Shown here in pieces: positions 29,627 through 41,873 of a stretch of 64,000 bases of DNA. The notes beneath the pieces are model-generated. The model had not been told where the DNA came from and did no database searches. It saw nothing but the letters and a program-made list of their open reading frames with translations. The position numbers and the translations under genes were made by a program. Source of the stretch: Planctomycetota bacterium (lineage in GTDB: Bacteria > Planctomycetota > Planctomycetia > Pirellulales > Pirellulaceae); assembly GCA_003671195.1 (NCBI GenBank), contig QWPJ01000140.1, positions 1,329 to 65,328 of the forward strand. Reading direction: 5' to 3'. Positions within the stretch are counted from its first letter, which is position 1. Each line of letters begins with the position of its first letter.

Positions 29627-30328
29627 TTACTCGTCAACATCGGATTGAGGCTCGCTTCCAGGTACAAGCCCCTCGTGCAAATAGGGCTCCAAAAGATTCT
29701 TGAGATTAACCCGTGCTCGCATCAACAACGACTTGACCGCCTGGACGGTCAAACCCATCGTCTCGCCGATCTCTTGATAACTCATCCCCTCGAACTTACT
29801 GAGCAAAATCGCCGTTCGCTGACGCTCTCCGAGCGCCTCCAAGGCGATCATTATAACGCGTGATCGCTCCTGGTGATCCATGTTTCTCGTCGGCTGATAA
29901 CCACTAGGAGAAACGGCGATGTTCTCGAGCAACAAACCCGATGTCGACCCGTTTTCAGCCTTGGACAACTGATACTCCTTGCGAATCGACAGGTCCCGAA
30001 CATGGTTGGCCGCCACGTTGTGCGCGATCCGATACAACCAAGTGGAAAATTTGGCGGTCGGAACGTACGTTTTTCGCGACTTGTAAACCCTTAAAAAAAC
30101 CTCCTGGGCTAAATCCTCGGCATGCTCTGCATTCCGGGTCCACCCATTCATAAACCGAATGATCTTTCGCTGAAAACGATCGATGAGGTACTCGAAAGCC
30201 ACCGCGTCGTCCTCCTTGACACGCAACATCAACGCCACATCGGGATCCGAATGCATCCTGGACTCAGGTTCCTGGCTAAGCCCCAATTCCGTGGAGTCGT
30301 TTTCGTTAGACACAGGCGTTGCCTTCAT
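29627..30328 (-). CDS. ECF (sigma-70 family) RNA polymerase sigma factor
   Basis: AEDLAQEVFLRVY, FSTWLYRIAHN, GMSYQEI, VKSLLMRAR. Confidence 0.95.
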   Translation of the reverse strand: MKATPVSNENDSTELGLSQEPESRMHSDPDVALMLRVKEDDAVAFEYLIDRFQRKIIRFMNGWTRNAEHAEDLAQEVFLRVYKSRKTYVPTAKFSTWLYRIAHNVAANHVRDLSIRKEYQLSKAENGSTSGLLLENIAVSPSGYQPTRNMDHQERSRVIMIALEALGERQRTAILLSKFEGMSYQEIGETMGLTVQAVKSLLMRARVNLKNLLEPYLHEGLVPGSEPQSDVDE

Positions 30329-30459
30329 TCAAGTGTGACTCGATGTTGATGAACCCAACAACGCGTGTTTGTCCCGGGAGCAATCATCACTCCATGAATC
30401 TTTTGATATCCACACAAAACAATAAGAATGATTCGCTCCGAATCGCCATGACTGCCTCG

Positions 30460-31434
30460 TCAGATTGGCTCATCGAATACAGGCAAAAAATCTCGCAAAA
30501 TCGAACCATTCGATAACACACCGGTTATGCATCGATAAAGACATCCCGCGTTGGGGGCACCGACCCGACGATCGCTTGCCATATGCTCGACGGCCGTTGT
30601 GATCACAAGCACCAACTGACCACCTATTTCAACCCACTGCGGACAGGTCGCCTGTGGACTACCGACCGTTTGCCACTCGCGTTCCAACAACCCACTGGTT
30701 ATTCCAACCTGAATCGTTCGCCCAAAGGCAGCCTGATCGGGGTTGTAAAGCGAGATGATCAAACTCTTGCCATCGAGACTCATCGTCATCCCATCGGGAA
30801 CTCCAAGTTCATCCTTCAGATCGACGACCAAGCGCCCCTCGTCGATGGTCCCGGCGGCAATGTCGAGCCGATAGGCCACCACCTTGCGGGTCGGTGAATC
30901 GATATCCAACAAATCGACCGCGCCGTCCTCACGCGGCAAAACCACCTTGCCATTGCTGCAGATCTGATCGCTTCGCAACGAGATCAATTTGCGGTCGCTG
31001 CGCCGCCAAAGATACAAACCCGCCTTCTTGGTCTTAAACTCCAAGTCCTTCGTGCCAAATATCAAATTCCCATCCCAAACCAAGCCGTCGTTGATGATCG
31101 TACCTTGGACATGAGAATCGACCCCATCGATCAAAGGCCTCCAACTCCCATCCATCGGGGAGAAGATCCCAACGCTCCGCTCGCAACCGACCACGAAATT
31201 CCCGCGATCGGTAGGGAACGCAAATCCAGGCCGGCCCGCCAAAGCATAGCTCTGATTGACCCCCGATTTCGCGTCGTAGATGTTCAACGATCCTACCGAT
31301 GCCTCCGCACCATGCTGGATCGCTACCCACGAAAATCGATCGGAACCCAAGGGATAAGGTCCCTCAGGAAGGAACCTCAAGGACTCACTTCCTGGATCGA
31401 AAAACAACTCGGCTTGTTCGACAATCACGCTCAC
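30460..31434 (-). CDS. SMP-30/gluconolactonase/LRE family protein
   Basis: PEGP, INDG, CSNG, IDSPTR, PDGM, TCP. Confidence 0.88.
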   Translation of the reverse strand: MSVIVEQAELFFDPGSESLRFLPEGPYPLGSDRFSWVAIQHGAEASVGSLNIYDAKSGVNQSYALAGRPGFAFPTDRGNFVVGCERSVGIFSPMDGSWRPLIDGVDSHVQGTIINDGLVWDGNLIFGTKDLEFKTKKAGLYLWRRSDRKLISLRSDQICSNGKVVLPREDGAVDLLDIDSPTRKVVAYRLDIAAGTIDEGRLVVDLKDELGVPDGMTMSLDGKSLIISLYNPDQAAFGRTIQVGITSGLLEREWQTVGSPQATCPQWVEIGGQLVLVITTAVEHMASDRRVGAPNAGCLYRCITGVLSNGSILRDFLPVFDEPI

Positions 31435-32435
31435 GCTTGCTCCTTGTCAAAGGCCGAATCAAAGGCCCGGTGGCTCGGAGAAAAATCCATCCGCTTGACA
31501 AAGGCTGCCGCCTCGCGGGCCCCGAACTCGCGATCCATCCCACTGTCTTCCCACTCGACACTCAAAGGACCCTCATAGCCCACGCGATTGAGCTCACGAA
31601 TGATCTCCTCGAAATTCACTCCACCTCGGCCCGGACTGCGGAAGTCCCACCCACGACGCGAATCGCCAAAGTTGATGTGACTCGACAATATCCCCGACTT
31701 GCCGTTGAGCGTCACCTTCGCATCCTTGATGTGCACGTGGTAAATCCGGTCGGGAAACTCCCGAATAAACTCCACAGGGTCGACCCCCTGCCAGATCAAA
31801 TGGCTCGGGTCGAAATTGAATCCAAACTCGGGCCGATGCTTCAGAGCCTCCAAGGCCATCTTGGCCGAGTAAATGTCAAAGGCGATCTCGGTCGGATGGA
31901 CTTCCAAGGCAAATCGTACCCCGCATGCCTTGAATTCATCGAGGATGGGATTGAAACGGTCCGCAAACAACTTGAACCCATCGTCGATCATCGACTGCGG
32001 GACCGGCGGGAACGAATAGTTCATGTGCCAAATGCTCGAACCCGTAAACCCATTGACCACCTTGACCCCAAACTTCTTGGCCGCATGCGCCGTCTTCTTC
32101 AACTCGTCGGCAGCCCGCTGATTGACCCCCGCCGGATTCCCATCCCCCCAAACATATCCCGGCAAAATCGACTTGTGACGAATGTCGATCGGGTCGCATA
32201 CGGCCTGCCCAACCAAGTGCGCACTGATCGCATGGCACTCAAGACCCACCTTCTCCAAAAGATCCCGCTTGGACTTGCAATACCCAGGGTCCGAATGCGC
32301 TTTGTCCACCTCGAAATGGTCCCCCCAACATGCCAACTCAATCCCGTCGTAACCCGCATCCTTGGTAAACTGAGCCATCTTGCTCAACGGTAAATCTGCC
32401 CATTGGCCAGTAAACAAAGTTACAGGTCGTGACAT
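31431..32435 (-). CDS. Sugar phosphate isomerase/epimerase (xylose isomerase-like TIM barrel)
   Basis: [45 protein letters not shown]. Confidence 0.92.
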   Translation of the reverse strand: MSRPVTLFTGQWADLPLSKMAQFTKDAGYDGIELACWGDHFEVDKAHSDPGYCKSKRDLLEKVGLECHAISAHLVGQAVCDPIDIRHKSILPGYVWGDGNPAGVNQRAADELKKTAHAAKKFGVKVVNGFTGSSIWHMNYSFPPVPQSMIDDGFKLFADRFNPILDEFKACGVRFALEVHPTEIAFDIYSAKMALEALKHRPEFGFNFDPSHLIWQGVDPVEFIREFPDRIYHVHIKDAKVTLNGKSGILSSHINFGDSRRGWDFRSPGRGGVNFEEIIRELNRVGYEGPLSVEWEDSGMDREFGAREAAAFVKRMDFSPSHRAFDSAFDKEQA

Positions 32436-32593
32436 CTTGCAAAGTCTCCAATTCCAAAGGAAGGTGTGACAAAATAATGAGGACCAAAACCGCTTAAGAT
32501 AGCATCCAAAGGACGGATGTGACAACCATCCTCGGTTAGAATTGTGCCAATACTCAACAGGCAATCCCCAAACCACCGAAGCCCGCTGAACCG

Positions 32594-35548
32594 ATGCCGA
32601 CTCGAACCACCCCAATCAACTGGCCAACCAATGCGTTGAACCCAACGCGGATTCCTCAAGCGATATCCCTCGGCTTGCTCCTGGCCCTCCTGGCCCTGGT
32701 CCTATCCGACGAATCCTACGCCCAAAATCCACCCGGAAATCCTGTACCCCCCAAGGCTTTGCCAACCCCAGATCCAAACCCCTATGCCGATCGGATCCAA
32801 CCCATCCTGGCCAAATACTGCGTCGCTTGCCATAGCCACGACGCTCCCGAGTCGAACCTCAAACTGCTCTCCCTGGCCTCCATGATCACCGGCGGAGACT
32901 CCGGTCCAGCACTCATCCCCGGCAAACCCTCCGAGTCCCTCATCCTCCGACGTATCCTCGGTCTCGATGAACCGAAGATGCCCCCCGAAGACTCCGCTCA
33001 ACCAACCCCCGAAGAAATCGAAACCATCGAGCGATGGATCGAACAAGGTGCCCACGGGACCGATCCGGCAAACTCCCTTGCCGACCGATGGAAACGAATC
33101 GCTCCGAACTCCAAACCCAACTCGGCGATCACCGCCGCTGCGCCCCTAAACCCCACGCAATCGCTTGTCGGGAAATTCGCCCAGATCGAACTCGTCGAAC
33201 GGTCCGATATCCCCTCGAATCCCACTCGTATCCTCTCGATCCCGTTCCTCGGGAAAATCTCCCAAATCCGACTCGACCGCGACGCCAAACGCGCCGCGAT
33301 CGCAGGCGGAATCCCCGGACTCGGGGGCATCGTCCATGTCCTGGAACTCGATCAAATCGCAAACCTCAACAAAGACCACTCCTCCGGAAAAAGGATCGAA
33401 GCCCACTCGGATGTCCTCTACTGCGCCACCTTGCACCCGAAGCAACCCTGGGTCGCCACCGCAGGCTACGATCGGACCATTCGACTCTGGGACTACAACT
33501 CAGGAAAACTCCTGCGCAGCTTCGAAGGACACAACGGTGCAGTCTATGACCTGGACTTCGATCCCTCCGGAGATGTCCTAGCTAGCGCAAGCGCTGACGA
33601 AACAATCAAAGTCTGGCGCACCGACTCAGGCCTCCGACTCGATACGCTAGGACAAGGCGAAGCCGAACAACTTCGAGTCCGATTCCTGGACCCGACCACG
33701 ACCAACAACCCAACGGAAAACAACCAATCTGTTTGCCTTATCGCCACCGGCGCCGACCGCCGGATCCGTCAATGGAGGCTCCCCTCGCTCGATCAACCCT
33801 CCGTTAGCCCCATGCTCCACTCGGTCTTCGCCCACGAAGCGACTATCCACCAACTGGCCCTCTCCCAAAACCACCTCTATGCATGCACCGCAGCCCATGA
33901 CGGGACCATCAAAGTCTGGAACACCCAAGACTGGCAACTCATCGAAGACCTCCCACCCTCGAAGGAACTCCTGACCTCCCTGGCCTGGACCCACGACTCG
34001 ACTGCCATCGAATGGACCACTCTCGAAGGCTCCATCCAACAGCATTCGATCGCCGATGCGATCCGATCCTTTCAAGAAAAGAACCGCTCCATGGCCCCGG
34101 CCACCTCGGCCCCCCCCCAAAGCACTCTATCCCCAATCCAACCCGATCCACCCTCGATCCAAGAATCCGACGCAGGTCCTCGCTCGATCCAAAACCCACA
34201 ACTCGTCGTACCACCGGTCCGAGTCCAAGCCACCCTCGAACCACAGGACCTAGCCCATGGAGGCGACTGGTACGCCTTCGACAGCAAAAAAGGCCAAGTC
34301 TGGTCGATCGGAATCTTCGCAGCACAAGACAAAAGCCCCCTGGATAGCTACCTGGAAATCACCGACCCTCAAGCCATCCCAATCCTGCGCACGCGACTCC
34401 AAGCCGTCCGCGAATCCTACTACACCTTCCGCGGAAAGGACTCGCTGTCGATCGACGATTTCCGACTCCATCGATGGGAAGACATGCAACTGAACGAATG
34501 GCTCTACTCAGGAGGCGAAGTCGTCCGACTCTGGCTCTATCCTCGCGGCCCAGACTCAGGGTTCAAAGTCTATCCCGGATTCGGCAACCGTTTCACCTAC
34601 TTCGGTACCTCGCCGATCGCCCACGCTCTGAACGAACCGGCCTGGATCGTACGCGAACTCGCTCCCGATCAACCCCCGGTCTCCAACGGCCTGCCGGTCT
34701 TTCCTATTTTCTATTCCAATGATGATGACCCCATGCGCAAGTCTGGAAAAGACTCCAGCATCGAATTCCTCACCCCCTACGACGGGCGTTTCCTCATCCG
34801 ACTCCGAGATACCCGAGGCCAATCTGGTCCCGAATACCGCTACCGACTCTCCATCGTGCCTCCGAACCCCCGATTCGACTTCAAACTCGAAACCAACGAA
34901 CTGACCCTGCGCCCCGATGTGGGCTCGGAATTCATCGTCTCGATCGATCGCTTCGACGGCCTCGACGAAGATGTCCAAATCGAATTCGAAGATCTTCCCG
35001 AAGGAATCCGCGTGATCCAACCCCTGAAAATCGAAAAAGGACAACTCAAAGCCATCGGCCAAATCCGCGCACTGTCGAACAAGCTATCGGAATTACCTAA
35101 AGAATTCGAAATCACTCTCAAGGCCAAATGCCAACTCGGAATCCACGAACGCATCGCCGAACAAAAACCCAAACTTAAAATCAAAGTCAACCCAAAACCG
35201 ACCATGACCCTCAAAATCGTCGGCAAAGACGATCCCGATGATGCACCCCCAATCGAAAAACTCCTGATCCGTCCCGGTCAAACCGTCTCGGCTAAACTCG
35301 TCATCCAACGCGGCGAACTCGCCGGCGATATCGCCTTCGGTGGCGATGACAGCGGTCGAAATCTTCCCCACGGTTGCTTTGTCGATAACATTGGTCTCAA
35401 CGGACTACTGATCCCCGCCGGAGAGTCGACCCGAGAAGTCTTCATCACCGCCGCTCCGATCGTCGAACCCCAACGAAGGGTCTTCCACCTGCGAGGCAAT
35501 GTCGACGGCAACCCAACCTCCCTGCCAGTCGAACTGATCGTCGAATAA
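32594..35548 (+). CDS. Planctomycete cytochrome c domain + WD40 repeats + PPC-like domains
   Basis: [23 protein letters not shown]40 units ([23 protein letters not shown]), GDWYAF..LDSYLEI. Confidence 0.88.
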   Translation: MPTRTTPINWPTNALNPTRIPQAISLGLLLALLALVLSDESYAQNPPGNPVPPKALPTPDPNPYADRIQPILAKYCVACHSHDAPESNLKLLSLASMITGGDSGPALIPGKPSESLILRRILGLDEPKMPPEDSAQPTPEEIETIERWIEQGAHGTDPANSLADRWKRIAPNSKPNSAITAAAPLNPTQSLVGKFAQIELVERSDIPSNPTRILSIPFLGKISQIRLDRDAKRAAIAGGIPGLGGIVHVLELDQIANLNKDHSSGKRIEAHSDVLYCATLHPKQPWVATAGYDRTIRLWDYNSGKLLRSFEGHNGAVYDLDFDPSGDVLASASADETIKVWRTDSGLRLDTLGQGEAEQLRVRFLDPTTTNNPTENNQSVCLIATGADRRIRQWRLPSLDQPSVSPMLHSVFAHEATIHQLALSQNHLYACTAAHDGTIKVWNTQDWQLIEDLPPSKELLTSLAWTHDSTAIEWTTLEGSIQQHSIADAIRSFQEKNRSMAPATSAPPQSTLSPIQPDPPSIQESDAGPRSIQNPQLVVPPVRVQATLEPQDLAHGGDWYAFDSKKGQVWSIGIFAAQDKSPLDSYLEITDPQAIPILRTRLQAVRESYYTFRGKDSLSIDDFRLHRWEDMQLNEWLYSGGEVVRLWLYPRGPDSGFKVYPGFGNRFTYFGTSPIAHALNEPAWIVRELAPDQPPVSNGLPVFPIFYSNDDDPMRKSGKDSSIEFLTPYDGRFLIRLRDTRGQSGPEYRYRLSIVPPNPRFDFKLETNELTLRPDVGSEFIVSIDRFDGLDEDVQIEFEDLPEGIRVIQPLKIEKGQLKAIGQIRALSNKLSELPKEFEITLKAKCQLGIHERIAEQKPKLKIKVNPKPTMTLKIVGKDDPDDAPPIEKLLIRPGQTVSAKLVIQRGELAGDIAFGGDDSGRNLPHGCFVDNIGLNGLLIPAGESTREVFITAAPIVEPQRRVFHLRGNVDGNPTSLPVELIVE

Positions 35549-35554
35549 CACCCC

Positions 35555-37633
35555 ATGCCCAATCCAAAAATGCTCAAACCCTTCCTTGCCTGCTGCCACT
35601 TCCTTGCCTGCTGCCACTTCCTTGCCTGCTGCCTCGCTGCGTTGCTTCTTGCCCAAAGTGCCCTCGGCGGTACCTCGGCAAGCCAATGGATCCTGGTCGT
35701 CAACGGCCAATCTCAAAACTCCCTTACCCTTGCCAACCACTACTGCGTACTCCGGGACATCCCCGCCCGCAACGTGGTCATCCTCAACGATATCCCCAAT
35801 ACCAACTCGATTTCCATCGACGAGTTTCGAAAACTTATCCTCTCCCCTGTGCTCGAACAAATCGAAGCCCGCCAACTGACCAACCACATCCAAGGCGTCG
35901 CCTACTCCTGCGACCTACCGACGGCAATCGATCTGCAAAGCGACCTGAAAAACGTCAAGGATCTACCCAAAGTCCTGACTCCTACAGGCTCGATCAATGG
36001 CATGACCTACCTGTTCCGATGGGTCATGCAAAACGACCCGTCCTACATCGGCCCCGATTCGAATTGGTACGCCACCCACGACGCTGCCTCACTATTGAAG
36101 ATCTTCCAAGGTACCCCGGAATCCATCGAAGAACTCCGAAAATGGATCGAAGAAGATCAAAACGAACAAGCCGCAGCTAGACTCGATCAACTCCGAAACC
36201 AATCGGCCAATAGCTACCCCCTGGATTTCCTCGCCGCACGGCAATGGGCACTGGCCGGCGACTCGAAAAAAGCCATCGTTCGACTAAACGATGCGGTCCG
36301 AAAAGGCTGGAGATACCGAAGTGAAATCCTCGACGACCCAAGCTTCGATGCCCTCCGCGATGACAAAGAATTCCAACGCATCATTTCAAAATGCCCCAAC
36401 GAAGAATTCAAAGTCCTCCCAGCCAAAGGCTTCGAAGCTAGAAACTTCTTCGCCCCGAATTGCACCGAATCGACCAACCCAAAACACGGGGTCTCCTACC
36501 TCCTATCGATGGTCCTGAGCCACACCGCCAACAACCGCCTGACAATCAACGAAGCAATCACCCACCTGGAACGCAGCAGCCTAGCCGACTTTACCCGACC
36601 CAGCGGCACTTTCTTCTTCTCCAAAACCAGCGATGTTCGGACCACCACCCGCGAACCGAACTTCCAAATCGCTATCGATGAACTCAAGAAACTCAAACAA
36701 AACACCCAAATCATCGAATCGGTCCTCCCCCCCGTCGGAAGCTCCGTCGCAGGAATTACCTTCGGCGTCTCGGACTTCGACTGGAATCGCTCCGGTGCAA
36801 AACTCCTTCCAGGAAGCCTCGCCGACAACCTCACAAGCCTCGGCGGTGTGATGACCCCGAGCAGCCAAACCAAAGCCACCGAACTGCTCCGCTTCGGAGC
36901 CGCTGCCGCCTCGGGTACCGTCGCCGAACCTTACGCCCTCCAATTCAAATTCCCTCTGCCCTCACTCCATGCCCACTACGCAAGAGGATTGACCGCCGCA
37001 GAATCCTTCTACTCTTCCATCCATAGCCCCTACCAACTGCTCATCCTCGGTGATCCTCTTTGCCAACCCTATGCCACACCCCCGCGATTCAAACTCTCGG
37101 GTTGCACAGATCGCCAAAGAGTCACCGATAAAATCGCCCTGGAATTCCTTCCGAGCGAAGAAGACAACTCATGCGACTCAGTCCAATTGACCTGGCTCAT
37201 CGATGGGAAAATCCAAACCCAAACCAACTTCCTCACCAAACTCAACATCGATGTCGCACCCGAAGATCGGGGCGCCTACGAATGGAGATTCATCTCCAAA
37301 GGCCCCAAACCCATCGAAACACGATGGGAAAAGTCCCTCTGGGTCCTTGCCGGCCCCGAAGAAACCCACGTGTCGCTCGATGCTCCTAAACGATGGTCCC
37401 GGAAAGATGGCCAACGTCTCAAACTCAAAGTGCCGAAGATCCCAGAAGGAACCCAAATCCGACTTCGATTCCACTGGAACACCCTCGAGGCTCAGCACGA
37501 CGACCAAGGACAATTCGAACTCGATCCGAATCTGCTCGGCTCTGGCCCAATTCGACTCCAACCCCTGGTCTGCGATCTAGACGGAAATATCCTCTATGCC
37601 GGACTCCCTTCGAAAATTTATATCGAAGACTGA
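35555..37633 (+). CDS. TIGR03790-like secreted protein
   Basis: LVVN..S..LANHY...R.IP, PGSLADNLTSLGG, GTVAEPYA..KFP, ILGDPLCQP. Confidence 0.8.
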   Translation: MPNPKMLKPFLACCHFLACCHFLACCLAALLLAQSALGGTSASQWILVVNGQSQNSLTLANHYCVLRDIPARNVVILNDIPNTNSISIDEFRKLILSPVLEQIEARQLTNHIQGVAYSCDLPTAIDLQSDLKNVKDLPKVLTPTGSINGMTYLFRWVMQNDPSYIGPDSNWYATHDAASLLKIFQGTPESIEELRKWIEEDQNEQAAARLDQLRNQSANSYPLDFLAARQWALAGDSKKAIVRLNDAVRKGWRYRSEILDDPSFDALRDDKEFQRIISKCPNEEFKVLPAKGFEARNFFAPNCTESTNPKHGVSYLLSMVLSHTANNRLTINEAITHLERSSLADFTRPSGTFFFSKTSDVRTTTREPNFQIAIDELKKLKQNTQIIESVLPPVGSSVAGITFGVSDFDWNRSGAKLLPGSLADNLTSLGGVMTPSSQTKATELLRFGAAAASGTVAEPYALQFKFPLPSLHAHYARGLTAAESFYSSIHSPYQLLILGDPLCQPYATPPRFKLSGCTDRQRVTDKIALEFLPSEEDNSCDSVQLTWLIDGKIQTQTNFLTKLNIDVAPEDRGAYEWRFISKGPKPIETRWEKSLWVLAGPEETHVSLDAPKRWSRKDGQRLKLKVPKIPEGTQIRLRFHWNTLEAQHDDQGQFELDPNLLGSGPIRLQPLVCDLDGNILYAGLPSKIYIED

Positions 37634-37752
37634 CCCGATCGAGGAGGAGCCCGCAGAGCGGATCGCTCAACGCATCGAAGTCCCCAAGGGAATTCGACGC
37701 GCATTTGCCATGTAGAATCCCATAGTATTGCTATCCGGTCATCCTTGTGCTT

Positions 37753-37850
37753 CGTTTAACAGTTAGCCGGAGGCGTACTGGATTCATTGCCATCTTCGAC
37801 GGCCTGTACGCCTACGGCTGACTGTTAAACGAAATGGGGCCCTCTTGCCC
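37753..37850. repeat. REP-like hairpin, copy 1 (left border of kinase islet)
   Basis: CGTTTAACAGTTAGCCGGAGGCGTAC...GTACGCCTACGGCTGACTGTTAAACG, 26-bp imperfect stem. Confidence 0.85.
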
Positions 37851-38185
37851 GGTACCTGCCACTTACCTTTGGCCGCAATGCGATAAATCCCGGGGGTTTA
37901 GAAACAGCGCCCCCAATGGAATTGGACTGAACTCTAACTTGAACCAGGGCACGGCAAAGATCTTCATGCAAATGCCGCCGAGGTTCGATGGCTGTTTGAA
38001 CTTCGGCGATACCGATCGTTGATCGAGGCTCTTGGCGGTAACTTGCGGACCGATAGGCCAGATTGCTATATTGGTTCGAATCGAGTACGAGTACGAGAAG
38101 AAGCGCGAAGAATGTGGTGCACTGAAGTCGCCGATGGTGCTTTCCTGACTTATCCAATCGTGGTCTCCGGCGACCATTCATTCTA

Positions 38186-40918
38186 ATGGAATCCGAAATG
38201 AACCCATCGAGCGATAAAAACCTTCTGTTCGCATTGATCGCCCACCATAACGGCTATATCTCTATGGAGCAGTTCTTCGAAGCTGCAGCCGTTTGGAACA
38301 AGGAACCAAAGCGGGAACTTGGGGAAATTCTGGTCGAAAAGAAATTCCTCGACGAAGTCGAACGCTTCAATATCCAAGGGATTGTCGAAGACCGAGTGCG
38401 TCGCCAAGGTGGGATCGATGATACGCTAAGCTTCATCGTTGCAAGTGGCAGCGTGCCTCAGAAGGATGCCTTGCCCGAGGACTGGCAAGATAAAATCGAT
38501 GCGATCACCCAGGTAATTAGCAACAAGACTCCACCGAACCCACCAAACTTCGGAACACCTGAAGCAAACCCAGGTATCCATCGGTACATCATCCGAAAAT
38601 CACTCGGGCATGGTGGCCAAGGATACGTCTGGGAAGCCATCGATACGGAACTGAATCGAAGGGTTGCCATCAAGAATGTCGTTCCGAGTCTCAGCAGCGA
38701 TCCACTCCATCAAGAACTGCTGATCGATGAGGCCCGCAAGACCGGTAAGCTTGGTCATCCTGGAGTACCTCCGGTATTCGATATTGGTAAGGACGCCGAC
38801 GGCAAACCGTTCTTCACGATGCAACTGATCAGCGGTAAAAAACTCTCGGAAAGTTATGAGACGCTCAAGTACGAATCGATCTCTCGAAGCGATTTTGTCA
38901 ATCAAATCCGACCGTTGCTCCGACACCTGATCGCTGCCTGCAACACCGTGGAGTTTGCATTTGATAAAGAAGCAGTCATCCACCGAGATTTGAAACCTGC
39001 GAATATTATGGTCAACCGCTATGGCGAAACAGTCGTCATGGACTGGGGGATGGGGAAGATCGTCAACGATTCCTCGCAAATCAGTGACGATGCCTCTTCG
39101 GTCCTCTTTATCCCTATATCTCAAGGAAGCGGCTCTGAAGAGAGAACCTCCGTCGGAACCATCAAAGGGACAGCGGCGTTCATGAGCCCTGAGCAGGCCC
39201 GCGCGGAGAACGATAAGCTCGACCATCGCACCGATGTCTATGGCCTAGGAGCGATCCTGTACTGGATCCTTACTGGCAAAGCTCCACACAAAGGTACTCG
39301 TGATGCTTTGCCCGATATCCAGAAAAATCGATTCCCAACACCGAGTCAGGCAAGACCATCGCTTTCCATCCCCCCCGAAATTGAGGCAATCTGTCTTAAG
39401 GCGATGGCATCGAAGCCAGAGGACCGCTACCAAAAAGCTGGGCAGATGGCTGCGGACCTGGAGAATTTCATCGCTGGCGAACCGGTCATCGCCCTGCCCG
39501 AAAACCTCCTGCGGAAAACCGAACGGTTTCTGCGCAAGCATGCCCGGGCAGTCATTGCCAGCTTGCTCGGCCTGACACTCGCAACAGTTGGCCTAGCCAT
39601 GGCAAATAGCATCATCGCAAATAAAAACGAGCAACTCAAAAACAGTCGAGCAGTTGCATCCAATCTCCTTGAGGATCTCGTCGGAGGATTGACGGACAAC
39701 AACCTATCCCAAATACCTGGAGCAAACGAGGTTAGGCTAACGCTACTCGATGAAATTGCAGCGGATGTCGAAAATTACATCGTGCAGAATCCCGACGACA
39801 CCGAACTCAAACTCGATCTTATCCGCCTCTTGACCCGCTTGGCAAAGCTCGAGGGGGAAAACAGCAAGCCTCAAGAAGCCCTCAAGCACTGGCAACGGGC
39901 CGATGAGCTTCTTGAACAAACCAAGGGTAAATCCGACCAAGTCTTCAAGGACAACTGGAACAAGACCTTTTGCGACAAGAGTTACTATCATTCCTCTGAA
40001 CTTTTAAACCAGGGACTTGTCGATCAAGCGGACCCATTGATCGCACAAGCTTGCGTCATCGCAGAGCAATACAATGCCAGCGTAAAAGCCGACAGGCTAA
40101 AGACCAAAGAATTTGCCCCTGCCTTCGCTAGACTTCATCGTCAGCATGCATCGATACACGCACGACGCGAAAACTGGACGCAAGCCCTCGATGAAACCAT
40201 CAAAGCGAAAGGTGTTTTACAACCATTTGTCGAGGTACATCTTCCGAAGCTAACCTCAGAACCAGATAGTACAGAGATCATCGATGGCTTTGAATTTGGC
40301 GAGCTAGGCTATTACGTTCTTTTGTGTGAGGATAAGGGCGATTATGAAACGCTACTGATTCGTTATACCGATGCGGAGAAAACATTCCTGGATGCGTTCC
40401 AAGCGTGCAAACTCGCACCAAGGGTCGAGAATGCTACTAGGGATGGGATCATAACCACCTCAAAAATACTTCGAAAACTTCAACGAATTGCTCTGATGAC
40501 TAACGATTTCCCAAATGCAGACAAGTACTACCAACAAGCCGTAGCTTTAATATCCAAGAAACGTTTAACAGATCCTCTGGTCGAAGCAACATGGTTCTAC
40601 ATCGAATCCGATCGAGCGAGGGGATTGGCAGTAAACAACCCAGAGGAGTCTCACAATGCTTTTAAAAGAGCAGGGGAATCATTCAACAAAATCCAAACCG
40701 ACCCATCTGCCGAATTCATTGCCATGCGGGGGAACGAGATAGATATCGCCGAAGTTGTTTATAGTTTCGCAGCAGCGAAAAGTGCAATTGCTAAGGCCAC
40801 TGTAGACGGAGAAGAACTTCAGAAGCAGCAGGATCAAGAGAAAATGAGGCAGCTAGGCATACTTCAGAAGCAAAATGCCGGCCCCCTCAAACTACGTGAA
40901 CTGTTGTTTCTGCCATAG
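38186..40918 (+). CDS. Hanks-type Ser/Thr protein kinase with TM helix and helical (TPR-like) C-terminal region
   Basis: LGHGGQG, VAIK, HRDLKPAN, DWG, GTAAFMSPEQ, DVYGLG; TM AVIASLLGLTLATVGLAM. Confidence 0.95.
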   Translation: MESEMNPSSDKNLLFALIAHHNGYISMEQFFEAAAVWNKEPKRELGEILVEKKFLDEVERFNIQGIVEDRVRRQGGIDDTLSFIVASGSVPQKDALPEDWQDKIDAITQVISNKTPPNPPNFGTPEANPGIHRYIIRKSLGHGGQGYVWEAIDTELNRRVAIKNVVPSLSSDPLHQELLIDEARKTGKLGHPGVPPVFDIGKDADGKPFFTMQLISGKKLSESYETLKYESISRSDFVNQIRPLLRHLIAACNTVEFAFDKEAVIHRDLKPANIMVNRYGETVVMDWGMGKIVNDSSQISDDASSVLFIPISQGSGSEERTSVGTIKGTAAFMSPEQARAENDKLDHRTDVYGLGAILYWILTGKAPHKGTRDALPDIQKNRFPTPSQARPSLSIPPEIEAICLKAMASKPEDRYQKAGQMAADLENFIAGEPVIALPENLLRKTERFLRKHARAVIASLLGLTLATVGLAMANSIIANKNEQLKNSRAVASNLLEDLVGGLTDNNLSQIPGANEVRLTLLDEIAADVENYIVQNPDDTELKLDLIRLLTRLAKLEGENSKPQEALKHWQRADELLEQTKGKSDQVFKDNWNKTFCDKSYYHSSELLNQGLVDQADPLIAQACVIAEQYNASVKADRLKTKEFAPAFARLHRQHASIHARRENWTQALDETIKAKGVLQPFVEVHLPKLTSEPDSTEIIDGFEFGELGYYVLLCEDKGDYETLLIRYTDAEKTFLDAFQACKLAPRVENATRDGIITTSKILRKLQRIALMTNDFPNADKYYQQAVALISKKRLTDPLVEATWFYIESDRARGLAVNNPEESHNAFKRAGESFNKIQTDPSAEFIAMRGNEIDIAEVVYSFAAAKSAIAKATVDGEELQKQQDQEKMRQLGILQKQNAGPLKLRELLFLP

Positions 40919-41133
40919 CAGATCTGGAATCCTAATTTTGCCTGCGCACGTCAATATTTGATAGACAAAAAGAATGGTCATCCGTGCGTTTTGATTGATC
41001 TGTTACTCACGGGCCTGGAAGTCGAGCCTCCCGTTGTCGACCCCTGAAACACTAACTTCCATCTAGAAGTCGACTACATAAAGCCGACTTCCTTAATTTA
41101 GAATAATTTATTGCGTTTCATGCCCTACCTATC

Positions 41134-41553
41134 TCACGCTTTTCTAACTGTCTTTTTCGTCAAAACAGTTACCACAAGTTCTCGAACCGCAAGCCCTATA
41201 TCGTCATCTGCCCAATAGGGCAATTCAAACTCTACTTCGCTTGAACTCTGAGCTGGATTCCTAACTTGGCCCTCTACATCGATTGGAGGTAAACGAAGGC
41301 CTGGATCAACTTGAATGAAGAATTTAAAGTTGGATAACGCGTAAGGATTACCTTCGCAATCTTTTGCTGTCGCTAGGAATATTATAACGAAAGGGTCACG
41401 AGGCCTACCTCCCCCTGAGATTGTATAATCTCCAAGGAGAACATGTGCGGTCGAATTTTGTGGGAGTGCGTTTTGAATTCCAAGGCGTTTCTTTTTTCCT
41501 CCTGCGATTTTCTTCCTCCCTGCCTTCTTCACTGCTGCTTTCTTCTTGGCCAT
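41134..41553 (-). CDS. Hypothetical protein with Lys-rich N-terminal tail
   Basis: GGAG RBS; MAKKKAAVKKAGRKKIAGGKKKR followed by a ~115-aa beta-rich-looking region; AT-rich. Confidence 0.65.
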   Translation of the reverse strand: MAKKKAAVKKAGRKKIAGGKKKRLGIQNALPQNSTAHVLLGDYTISGGGRPRDPFVIIFLATAKDCEGNPYALSNFKFFIQVDPGLRLPPIDVEGQVRNPAQSSSEVEFELPYWADDDIGLAVRELVVTVLTKKTVRKA

Positions 41554-41873
41554 GCTGTTCTCCAATTGCTTTCATGGGCTCGCTGCCCGGTTGATCCCAA
41601 AGCGTGGTCCGACTCAAGTCGGGCTGTGAATCACTACCTTGAGTACAGATCTCATCCTAAGAGATCCAAGCGATGCGATGTTGTTACACGCATCAAAAAA
41701 CATGAAAAATTCTCAAGTCAAATCCCGCTTGCATTTTTGGTTCTTAGGGAATTGTCTTGGAATGGAATTGGATAAGAAAGGGGCACTCCCGCGGAATTTG
41801 TGGGGGAAAAAAGGTCTAAGAGCCCTGAACTGTGGCGTTTTCCTCGTTGCCGATCCAGTGGTATGCCTGATCG

